A DNA stretch of 64,000 nucleotides from an uncultured Chloroflexia bacterium. GTDB lineage: Bacteria; Chloroflexota; Anaerolineae; CG2-30-64-16. The DNA is taken from contig CAWEMM010000009.1 in the NCBI GenBank assembly GCA_963810095.1, positions 256,001 to 320,000 on the forward strand, in the 5' to 3' direction. Numbering within the stretch: the first letter of the stretch is position 1; each line of letters starts with the position of its first letter. Shown here piece after piece: positions 42,890 through 50,300 of the stretch. The notes under the pieces were generated by a model. That model saw only the letters and a program-made list of their open reading frames with translations. It ran no database searches and was not told the DNA's origin. A program made the position numbers and the translations under genes.

Positions 42890-43819
42890 CTACTCCGCGC
42901 CCAGCACGAGTGCCAGGAGTGCCATGCGGACGAAGACGCCGTTGCCCGCCTGGCGGAAATAGGCCGCGTTTGGCAGGCCGTCGACGTCGGTCGCGATCTC
43001 GTTGATCCGCGGCAGTGGGTGCAGCACCGTCACATCTGGCCGCAGCCGCTCCACCATCTCCCGGTTCAGCACGTACGCGTCCTTCAGCCGTTCATATTCC
43101 GCGACGTCTGCGAAGCGCTCCTTCTGGATGCGCGTCATGTAAAGGACGTCAGCATTCGGCAGCGCAGCCTCCAGGCTGTCGGTCTCTTCCACCGCGAACC
43201 CGCGGCCCCGCAGTCGCTCGACCACTTCGGCCGGCATGCGCAACGCATCGGGGGCCACACAGATCAGCTTGCAGTCGTAGTGCTTGTAGATCTCCACGCC
43301 TGCGTGCACGGTGCGCCCGTTCTTCAGGTCGCCCACCAGCACGATCGTGTTGCCTTCGACCCTGCCGCGCTCCTGGCGGATGGTGTACAGGTCGAGCAGG
43401 GCCTGCGTGGGATGCTGACCCGCGCCGTCGCCGCCGTTTAGCACGGGCGCGTTCGCCACATTGGCTGCTTCGCCGGCCGAGCCGATGCGCGGGTGGCGCA
43501 TGGCGATGACGTCGACGTATTGGTCGATGGTGCGGATGGTGTCGGCAAGGGTCTCGCCTTTGGCCACCGAGGTCGACTCGGCCGACGAGAAACCGACGAC
43601 CGAGCCCCCCAGCCGGTGCATGGCCGTTTCAAAGGACAGCCGGGTGCGGGTGCTGGGCTCAAAAAAGAGGGCGGCCAGAACCGCGCCCTTCAGTACTTCC
43701 AGGCTGCGCTGTTTGCGCAACCGGTCGCGGTACTGATCGGCGAGTTCCATGATCATCTCGATCTCGCCGCGGCTAAACTGCGCGCCGTCGAGAATGTCCT
43801 TACCCTTCAACGTCGACAT
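42890..43819 (-). CDS. pyrB: Aspartate carbamoyltransferase catalytic subunit
   Basis: FFEPSTRTRLSFE, KGETLADT, HPTQALLD, GDLKNGRTVH, YMTRIQKER, HPLPR. Confidence 0.93.
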   Translation of the reverse strand: MSTLKGKDILDGAQFSRGEIEMIMELADQYRDRLRKQRSLEVLKGAVLAALFFEPSTRTRLSFETAMHRLGGSVVGFSSAESTSVAKGETLADTIRTIDQYVDVIAMRHPRIGSAGEAANVANAPVLNGGDGAGQHPTQALLDLYTIRQERGRVEGNTIVLVGDLKNGRTVHAGVEIYKHYDCKLICVAPDALRMPAEVVERLRGRGFAVEETDSLEAALPNADVLYMTRIQKERFADVAEYERLKDAYVLNREMVERLRPDVTVLHPLPRINEIATDVDGLPNAAYFRQAGNGVFVRMALLALVLGAE

Positions 43820-43869
43820 GCTGCCTCCTGTTTCAGAACGGATAACGCAGAGCCGCGGGCGTGGCTCAA

Positions 43870-44682
43870 TCAGAACTGTTGGTTCTGCGTCCCATTGTGC
43901 CTTATGGGTGCAAGCTCCTTCGGGCTGCCCAGCAGCACCGAAACATGGGCCGCTGCGTCACAGCAGAGGCGGACGAAGCGCTGCGCCTCATCCTGGCTGA
44001 AGCGCACCGTTGGGCCTGCTACGCCCAGCGCCGCGACGACGGTCCCTTCCCAATTGCGGATCGGCGTGGCAATGCCCCACGCGCCCAGGTCAGTTTCCTC
44101 GTAGCTCAAGGCGTAGCCACACTGGCGGATGTGCGCCAACTCGCGGTGGAGCGCAGCGGGGTCGGTGATGGTCTCGTCGCAGTAGCGCGGGAGGCCCTTC
44201 TGGCTTATGATGGTGGCGATTTCGGCTTCTGGCAGGAAGGCCATGAGCACTTTTGACGACGCGCCCGCGTGGGGCGCGCGGCGGGCGCCCACATCGAGCG
44301 CAATCCGCACCGAGTGGTTCGTCTCGATTTTGTCGATGCACACCACTTCGCCGTCGTGGTACTCCGTCAGGAGCACCGTCTCGCCCGTCGTCTCCGCGAG
44401 GTCGCGCAGCACGGGCAGGGCGACGTGCCGGACGCCGGTGCTTTCCGCCGCCAGGCTGCCCCAGATGAACAAGCGATGGCCGAGCCGCCATTTACTATCC
44501 TCGTGCCCGCGGCGCAGCAAGCCGTGGCGCTCCAGCCCGACGAGGAAACGGTGCAGCGTGCTTTTGGGTAGGGCGAGACGCGCGCTCAGCTCGGACAACG
44601 ACCAGGCGGGGCGGTCCTTTGAGAAGCAGTCGAGGACGTCGACCATCCGATCGATGGTCCGCACGGAGGAAGGATCGTCCAA
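43870..44682 (-). CDS. IclR family transcriptional regulator
   Basis: HTH SLSELSARLALPKSTLHRFL; TGETV, GASSKVLMA, IRQCGYA, IATPI. Confidence 0.95.
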   Translation of the reverse strand: MDDPSSVRTIDRMVDVLDCFSKDRPAWSLSELSARLALPKSTLHRFLVGLERHGLLRRGHEDSKWRLGHRLFIWGSLAAESTGVRHVALPVLRDLAETTGETVLLTEYHDGEVVCIDKIETNHSVRIALDVGARRAPHAGASSKVLMAFLPEAEIATIISQKGLPRYCDETITDPAALHRELAHIRQCGYALSYEETDLGAWGIATPIRNWEGTVVAALGVAGPTVRFSQDEAQRFVRLCCDAAAHVSVLLGSPKELAPIRHNGTQNQQF

Positions 44683-44729
44683 ATCACACCATTCATTCGA
44701 AATAGTGGAACGGCATTCGATCTAGTAGT

Positions 44730-44758
44730 ATGATAACACCTTGTGAAACCGGTGTCAA
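44730..44758 (-). promoter_or_regulatory. Sigma70-type promoter for iclR and the catabolic operon
   Basis: Minus strand TTGACA-N17-TATCAT with extended -10 TG; overlapping imperfect palindrome TGAAACCGGTGTCA (44744-44757); candidate operator TTCGAAATAGTGGAAC near 44696-44711. Confidence 0.7.
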
Positions 44759-44807
44759 TAACCTTTTCGCCCTGACGAAATGAGTCGGTCGCACCGGGGG
44801 AGCGTGG

Positions 44808-46241
44808 ATGGAACGGATAACCAGCCGCCGGCCGCGTCTATCGGTCCTGTCGGTCGAGGACCTGCAGGAGGTGCACGCAGCGTCGCTCCAGGTTCTTGCC
44901 GAGGTGGGTTTGCGCGTCGATGCGCCCGCCGCGCGGCAGGTGCTGCACCAGGCCGGCGCCCGCACGGGAGGGGCCCGCACTGACGGCGCCCGCTGGTTTC
45001 TCCCGGCGGAGGTCGTGCAGGAAGCCCTTGCAGCCGCACCGCGCTCGTTCGCGCTCTTCGACCGGCTGGGCAGTCCGGCCTTCAGATGCGGCGAAGACCA
45101 AAGCCGGTTCGGCATCGGCGTAACGAACCTCTATTACGAGGACCCCGGCACCGGCGAAATCAGCCCTTTCAGTCGCCAGCATATGGCCGCGTCGGCCCGC
45201 CTGGGCCACGCGCTCCCTCAGTACGCGCTGGTCTCGACGATTGGCGTCGTCCAGGATGAGCCGGTCGAGCGAGCCGACTTGGTCGCGACGCTCGAGATGG
45301 CGGCCAACACGAGCAAGCCGCTCGTCCTGCTCGTCTCCGATCCGGCCCAGTTCGCGCCCTGCCTTGACTTGCTCGAGTCCCTTGCCCCCCAGCTTGGCGA
45401 GCGCCCGTTCGTGCTCCCCTACGTCAACCCGATCACGCCGCTGGTCCTGAATGCTGAAACGACGGACAAGATGACCCTGGCGATCCGGCGCGGCTTCCCC
45501 CTCATCTTCTCGAACTACGGCATGGCGGGGGCATCCACGCCCATCACTCCCGCCCGCGCGCTCGTGCTGCTTAACGCGGAGTTGCTCGCCGGCCTGGTCT
45601 TCAGCCAGGCGGTGCGCCGGGGCGCACCGGTTATCCTCGGCAGCCTGCCCGCATGCTTCGACATGCGCACGATGGTCGATTTTTACGACCCACGCTCGAT
45701 CCTGGTCAACCTGGCCTGCGCCGAAATGATGGCCTACTACGGTATTCCGCACGCAGGGACTTCGGGTTCGGGCAACGGCTGGGGGCCGGATATCGTGGCC
45801 GCCGGCGAGCTCTGGCTTAACCACCTGGTCTCGGACACGAGCCTTGCGGGCCTTGTGCCCTTCGTGGGCGGCAACCTCGGTTCCAAGGTGTTTTCGCCCG
45901 CGGCAGCCGTATACGGCGCAGAGGTCATCGACCAGGTGGCCGCGTTCCGCGCCGGACTTGACCTGTCAGAGTTGGACGGCCTGCTTGCCGAGATCGCGGA
46001 GGCAGGTCCCGGCGGGAGCTTCTTCGAGAGCGCCCACACCTTGCGCCATCTCCGCACGGCTTACCACACCAGCCGCATCTTTCCTCACTACGGCCTGGAG
46101 CAGTGGCAGGCCGCGGGCCGCCCGATGGCCGAGACGCGGCTGCGCGAGGCGACGGTTGAGCTTCTCAGGTCGGCCGTGGGGCCGGAAGACCGGGATGAAG
46201 TGCTGGCGCGCGGCGAAGCCTGGCTGGCCGCTGCGAGGTAA
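44808..46241 (+). CDS. MttB superfamily methyltransferase #4 (divergent), no pyrrolysine
   Basis: VHAASLQVLAEVG, GASTPIT, NAELLAG, FDMRT, AGPGGSF, HTLRHLR. Confidence 0.88.
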   Translation: MERITSRRPRLSVLSVEDLQEVHAASLQVLAEVGLRVDAPAARQVLHQAGARTGGARTDGARWFLPAEVVQEALAAAPRSFALFDRLGSPAFRCGEDQSRFGIGVTNLYYEDPGTGEISPFSRQHMAASARLGHALPQYALVSTIGVVQDEPVERADLVATLEMAANTSKPLVLLVSDPAQFAPCLDLLESLAPQLGERPFVLPYVNPITPLVLNAETTDKMTLAIRRGFPLIFSNYGMAGASTPITPARALVLLNAELLAGLVFSQAVRRGAPVILGSLPACFDMRTMVDFYDPRSILVNLACAEMMAYYGIPHAGTSGSGNGWGPDIVAAGELWLNHLVSDTSLAGLVPFVGGNLGSKVFSPAAAVYGAEVIDQVAAFRAGLDLSELDGLLAEIAEAGPGGSFFESAHTLRHLRTAYHTSRIFPHYGLEQWQAAGRPMAETRLREATVELLRSAVGPEDRDEVLARGEAWLAAAR

Positions 46242-46259
46242 ACCTTCCAGCCGGCCGAG

Positions 46260-47048
46260 CTATCCCTGCTTTGGCGTGTAGTATCGCCGGAGCCACAAGC
46301 TCAGCCCGTCTAGCCCGGGGAACAGCACGCGCTCGGTGATATTCCCCTGATCCAGCTTGTCGCGGATCTCCCACTTGAGTTCTGCCGGTATGACGACCCG
46401 GCGGGCGAGCCCCGGCCGGTCTGCCAACCACTCGTCGAGTCGTGCTGTGGGGCTCGACATCAGGCTGAACAGCGCGAACTGGTTGACAATTCGGTCGTCG
46501 AGCGAGGGTGGCTCGAGAAACAGCGGGAATGGCTCCTCCGCCAGCTTGTCCAGGTCATACAAGCTCGCAGTCCCCTGGGCGAGAAGCTCGGTTGTTAGCA
46601 CGTCTGCGCCTTCCTGCCTGAGCAAGTCCTGCAACGCTGTGGGGAGGTGCTTCTTGGCCTGCCGGTAGTTCACGCACCACACGACGCCGTCGACGTCGAA
46701 CTGAAGCGGGCTATCGGTCGCAAAGTGCAGCGCCACGAAAGGCGAGTACGTCCAGTCGAGCAGGCGCGTCGGGAGCCCATGATGGGCGGCCACTGCCAGC
46801 CAGTTCCATACCGAGTCGCCCGGCACGGCCGACCTGGGCGCATACTTACGAAAGGCGCGGAGCAGCGGCGATTCGACTCGCTGGTATGCGCCGCCGAGCC
46901 GCATTAACGTCGTGACGAGGGGTTCCTGCGCGTCCGGCATGCCACGGAACGCAAACTCAGAGCGGAAGCGCCCGAGCGATTCGTGCCACGAAGCCTCGTA
47001 TAGAGCTTCCTGCAGTTCATTCCATGATGTCACGCGCACGTCTTGCAA
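46260..47048 (-). CDS. FRG domain-containing protein
   Basis: TTG start after GGAGGAG; FAFRG, HHGLPTRLLDWT, RIVNQFALF, LFPGLDG. Confidence 0.88.
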   Translation of the reverse strand: MQDVRVTSWNELQEALYEASWHESLGRFRSEFAFRGMPDAQEPLVTTLMRLGGAYQRVESPLLRAFRKYAPRSAVPGDSVWNWLAVAAHHGLPTRLLDWTYSPFVALHFATDSPLQFDVDGVVWCVNYRQAKKHLPTALQDLLRQEGADVLTTELLAQGTASLYDLDKLAEEPFPLFLEPPSLDDRIVNQFALFSLMSSPTARLDEWLADRPGLARRVVIPAELKWEIRDKLDQGNITERVLFPGLDGLSLWLRRYYTPKQG

Positions 47049-47248
47049 AGCCCTGCTCCTCCCTGCACGCGATACAACGACGAGGTTCCGCCGCGTAGTT
47101 CCTTGCACAGCCGTGTTTTGGTGCAAACCCGATGATTCTGTCGCATAATGAGGGCGCAAACAGGCAATCTGCCATACCGACAGGCAGCGGGTAACGGTGA
47201 AAGATAGTGCGAGATGCTCGGGTTCGTCGAGCGCGGAGGAGGTTCTAC

Positions 47249-47458
47249 ATGGGGAAGCACCGGGGTCTGTTTCTTTTGGTCGGCCTGTTCGTCGTGCTTG
47301 CGGTGGCAGGCTTTGCCGCGGGGTTTGCGCTGCCCTTCTGGAACTACAGCCATACCTACGCGCCCGTGATTGGGGCGGGAGCCGCGTCGGCCGGCCCGAC
47401 AAGCAGCACCGGCTCGGCGGCGGTCGACTTGCTGATGGGCGCGCGGGGCCCGAGCTAA
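47249..47458 (+). CDS. Small hypothetical membrane protein (69 aa)
   Basis: Strong RBS GGAGGAGG before ATG; one hydrophobic helix GLFLLVGLFVVLAVAGFAAGFALPFW. Confidence 0.5.
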   Translation: MGKHRGLFLLVGLFVVLAVAGFAAGFALPFWNYSHTYAPVIGAGAASAGPTSSTGSAAVDLLMGARGPS

Positions 47459-47479
47459 CTTGAGGGGTTCGACCGGAGG

Positions 47480-47524
47480 CGGCGCGCTGCGGACCGCCTA
47501 GCCGGCGGTCCACAGCGCGCCGTC
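47480..47524. terminator. GC-rich hairpin between convergent genes
   Basis: GGCGCGCTGCGGACCGCC-TAGCC-GGCGGTCCACAGCGCGCC. Confidence 0.5.
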
Positions 47525-47537
47525 GCTCGCACCACGG

Positions 47538-48644
47538 CTACGCCTTCTCCCAGCCCATCTTCGTCACCTGGCCGGTTTCGATGCGCAGGTACGCGACGGT
47601 GCCTTCGATCCGCGCGACCTCGGTGAGCGGGACGAGCAAGTCGCTGCCCTTGGGGCGGTCGAGCACAAATGCGTCCTCGCGGACTTCCTGCACGCGGCCG
47701 ATGTCGGTGCCGTCAAACGCAACGACCTTCATGCCGTTGCTCAGCCCGAGATCCCTGGCTTCCTGCTGAGCCTCTTCCTGCACGCGCTCGACTTCCTCAA
47801 CCGCCGCGTCAATCGCTGCTCGAGTGTCCTCGTCTAGGGCGCTCCCGGCCTCTTCCGCGGCCGGCGCCGGCTTTGCAGCCTTGTCGCTGTCCCGCTCGGC
47901 GGCCGCTTGCTGCTTTTCCGCTTTCTTCTCCGCGCCGTTGCGTGCATCCTCCGCTGCGGGCGCTTGGCTGATGGTGACTTCTCCGGCGACAGCGGCCGCG
48001 TCGGATAACCGCTGCTTTGCCTCTTCGACGCCCTGGTCGCCCTGCCCGCGCACCTGCTCGATTACAGAGCCGGCCCGCGTGGCAATGTTCTGGGCCACCT
48101 GCCCCGCCCGGTCTCCCACGAGCCCGGCGTACTGACCCGCCTTCTGACCGAGCCCTTGCGTGGCCTCTCCGACCCGCGAACCCGCCGCCTTCAGCCGCTC
48201 CGCCGCCGCTCGCCGGTCGACGCGCCGGATCAACCAGACCGCTGCGACGGCTCCGATCGCCACGCCCACGATCAAGCCCTCGCGGCGCCCGAACTTGAAG
48301 TTCTTCACGCTGGTCTCGAGCTCTTTGCGCGCCTGTTCCAGCTTCTCCTCCAGGTCGCCGCCGAGCGCCTCGGCCTTCACGCCCACGGCTTGGGCTACGG
48401 GCGCCGCCCGCTCTTCCACGGTCTTTGCCAGCGCCTCGACCGTGGCGCTCACAGCTTCGGCCAGCGGCCCCGCCCGCTGTTCGACGGTTTTGGCGAGCGT
48501 GCCCGCCTTCTCTTCGATGGCCTCGGCCAGCGGCACTGCCGACGCACCGATCGTCCTGGCGACTGTTCCTGCAGCATCTGCAAAGGTGATCACCAGTTCG
48601 CCCGCCTTCGCCCCATTCGATCTCAGCACAGTCTGTGCATTCAT
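47538..48644 (-). CDS. Hypothetical protein: 11/22-aa amphipathic helical repeats, one TM helix, C-terminal PRC-barrel-like (DUF2171-like) domain
   Basis: Repeats EEKAGTLAKTV/EQRAGPLAEAV; TM GLIVGVAIGAVAAVWLI; GMKVVAFDGTDIGRV...LVPLTEVARIE. Confidence 0.65.
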   Translation of the reverse strand: MNAQTVLRSNGAKAGELVITFADAAGTVARTIGASAVPLAEAIEEKAGTLAKTVEQRAGPLAEAVSATVEALAKTVEERAAPVAQAVGVKAEALGGDLEEKLEQARKELETSVKNFKFGRREGLIVGVAIGAVAAVWLIRRVDRRAAAERLKAAGSRVGEATQGLGQKAGQYAGLVGDRAGQVAQNIATRAGSVIEQVRGQGDQGVEEAKQRLSDAAAVAGEVTISQAPAAEDARNGAEKKAEKQQAAAERDSDKAAKPAPAAEEAGSALDEDTRAAIDAAVEEVERVQEEAQQEARDLGLSNGMKVVAFDGTDIGRVQEVREDAFVLDRPKGSDLLVPLTEVARIEGTVAYLRIETGQVTKMGWEKA

Positions 48645-48810
48645 CTGCGTCTCCTCGTCAATCTATTGGTCTGTCTTCGATTCTCAATCATAGCGCCACG
48701 AGCTTTTCATGCGGTAGTGCTGCATCCACTAGCCGTCATCCCCAGCCGCCTGCAGCGTGGCTACCGCGTAGGATGGTGGTCAGTCTGCGAAGCAGCCATG
48801 AGTGGGGCCC

Positions 48811-48819
48811 TGCTATAAT
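48811..48819 (+). promoter_or_regulatory. Extended -10 promoter for the ROK gene
   Basis: TGCTATAAT about 35 bp upstream of the ATG at 48854, which follows a GGAGG RBS. Confidence 0.55.
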
Positions 48820-48853
48820 GTCTCCAAGAATTCACCAAACGGAGGCGCCAGAG

Positions 48854-50248
48854 ATGTCACAATTCCCGCTCGTCCCCCCGCGCTTTGTGCCGCCGCTCGA
48901 ACCCAGCTTCCGCCCGGCCGCACTGGCCGACCGTGCGTTTCGGGTGGCCGTCGAGTCGTCGGGCCAGGCCACCGCCCTGGTCATCGGGCTCGAGCGCAGC
49001 GACGGTACGCGCTCGCGTTACGAAACGCTCGTCTTCCCGGAGAACCACGACGGGGCCGCGGCGAACCTGTTCTACGCCGAGCGCCTGGTGAAGTTCCTGT
49101 TGTGGGCGCGGGGTGGCTGGCGGGTGACCGTGGGTGGGCCGCCGAGTATCGCAGAGCATCTACGCAGGGTCTATGCCCCGGGTGGGCCCCGCAGCTTTGA
49201 CCACCAGTTTATGGGCGAGCAAGTCTACGAGCACACCTTTGAGGTGGTCGGGTGCGCGGCGGACGATGTTCCCCCGGCCGCAGAAGCCGGCTTGTCGGTG
49301 GGCGGGCACACGGGCGGCGCGCGGATCGGTTTCGACCTGGGTGCGTCCGACCTGAAGGTGTCGGCTGTGCTGGACGGGACAGCGGTTTTCGGGGAGGAGA
49401 TCGTGTGGGAGCCGGTCGAGCAGCAGGACCCGGCGTATCACTACGATCGGATCCTCGCGGCGCTCAAGCTGGCCGCGTCGAAACTGCCGCGCGTCGACGC
49501 CATCGGCGGCTCGTCGGCTGGCATCTATGTCGACAACCGCCCCATGGTCGCCTCCCTCTTTCGCGGCATTCCGTCGGAGCGGTACGGCGAGATCCGCACG
49601 ATGTTTGCCCGGATAGGGCAGGAGCTCGGGGTGCCGCTGGTGGTGGTGAACGACGGCGACGTCACGGCGTTGGCCGGCGCACTGTCCCTTGGCGACAACG
49701 GGGTGCTCGGGGTTGCGCTGGGGTCGAGCGAGGCCGCGGGGTACGTGAACGGTGCGGGCGCGATCACGGGCTGGCTCAACGAGCTGGCCTTTGCCCCCAT
49801 CGACTACCAACCCGGCGGCCCGGTGGACGAGTGGTCGGGCGACAGGGGCGTGGGTTCGCAGTACTTCTCGCAGCAGTGTGTCTTTCGCCTGGCGCCGCGC
49901 GCAGGCATCGAAATCCCCGTTGAGCTGGCGAAAGCCGACAAGCTCAAGCACGTCCAGCGCTATCTGGAGGCCGGCCACGAAGGCGCCCGGCAGATCTGGG
50001 AGAGTATTGGGGTGTACCTGGGGTACGGGGTGGCGCACTATGCGGGGTTCTATCCGGACGTGCGCCACGTGCTGATCCTCGGCCGGGTGACCTCGGGCCG
50101 AGGCGGCGAGCTGATCCTGGACGGGGCGAGGAAGGTGCTGCGGGGGGAGTTCCCCGAGCTGGCCGAGCGGATCGGCATCGCCCTGCCCGACGAGAAGTTT
50201 CGCCGCCTGGGCCAGTCGGTGGTGGCGGCGAGCCTGCCAAGGCTCTAG
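48854..50248 (+). CDS. ROK family protein (sugar kinase-like) with N-terminal extension
   Basis: IGFDLGASD, VNDGDVTALAG, ALGSSEAAG, ILGRVTSG. Confidence 0.8.
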   Translation: MSQFPLVPPRFVPPLEPSFRPAALADRAFRVAVESSGQATALVIGLERSDGTRSRYETLVFPENHDGAAANLFYAERLVKFLLWARGGWRVTVGGPPSIAEHLRRVYAPGGPRSFDHQFMGEQVYEHTFEVVGCAADDVPPAAEAGLSVGGHTGGARIGFDLGASDLKVSAVLDGTAVFGEEIVWEPVEQQDPAYHYDRILAALKLAASKLPRVDAIGGSSAGIYVDNRPMVASLFRGIPSERYGEIRTMFARIGQELGVPLVVVNDGDVTALAGALSLGDNGVLGVALGSSEAAGYVNGAGAITGWLNELAFAPIDYQPGGPVDEWSGDRGVGSQYFSQQCVFRLAPRAGIEIPVELAKADKLKHVQRYLEAGHEGARQIWESIGVYLGYGVAHYAGFYPDVRHVLILGRVTSGRGGELILDGARKVLRGEFPELAERIGIALPDEKFRRLGQSVVAASLPRL

Positions 50249-50252
50249 AAAA

Positions 50253-50286
50253 AGAAACCTGGCTTCTCGAAAGAAACCAGGTTTCT
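50253..50286. repeat. Family C palindrome dimer between convergent genes (possible terminator)
   Basis: AGAAACCTGGCTTCTCGAAAGAAACCAGGTTTCT. Confidence 0.78.
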
Positions 50287-50300
50287 TCGTCCAGCGACCT

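Noticed and set aside
10877-46241. Pyrrolysine (TAG) read-through in the MttB genes
   Set aside because: No in-frame TAG at the Pyl-equivalent position. The breaks in #1 and #2 are frameshifts, and no pyl genes or tRNA-Pyl are visible.
10877-46241. Caffeine/methylxanthine or plain purine degradation as the cluster's function
   Set aside because: Methyltransferases, XDH and an amidohydrolase would fit, but this does not explain HisC-IOR-ACD, an Asp-specific carbamoyltransferase or a peptide-type importer. Kept only as a lower-ranked alternative.
48660-48810. Possible structured RNA in the divergent gap before the ROK gene
   Set aside because: There is some pairing potential (ATGCGGTAG/CTACCGCGT) but no match to a family I can support without an Rfam search.
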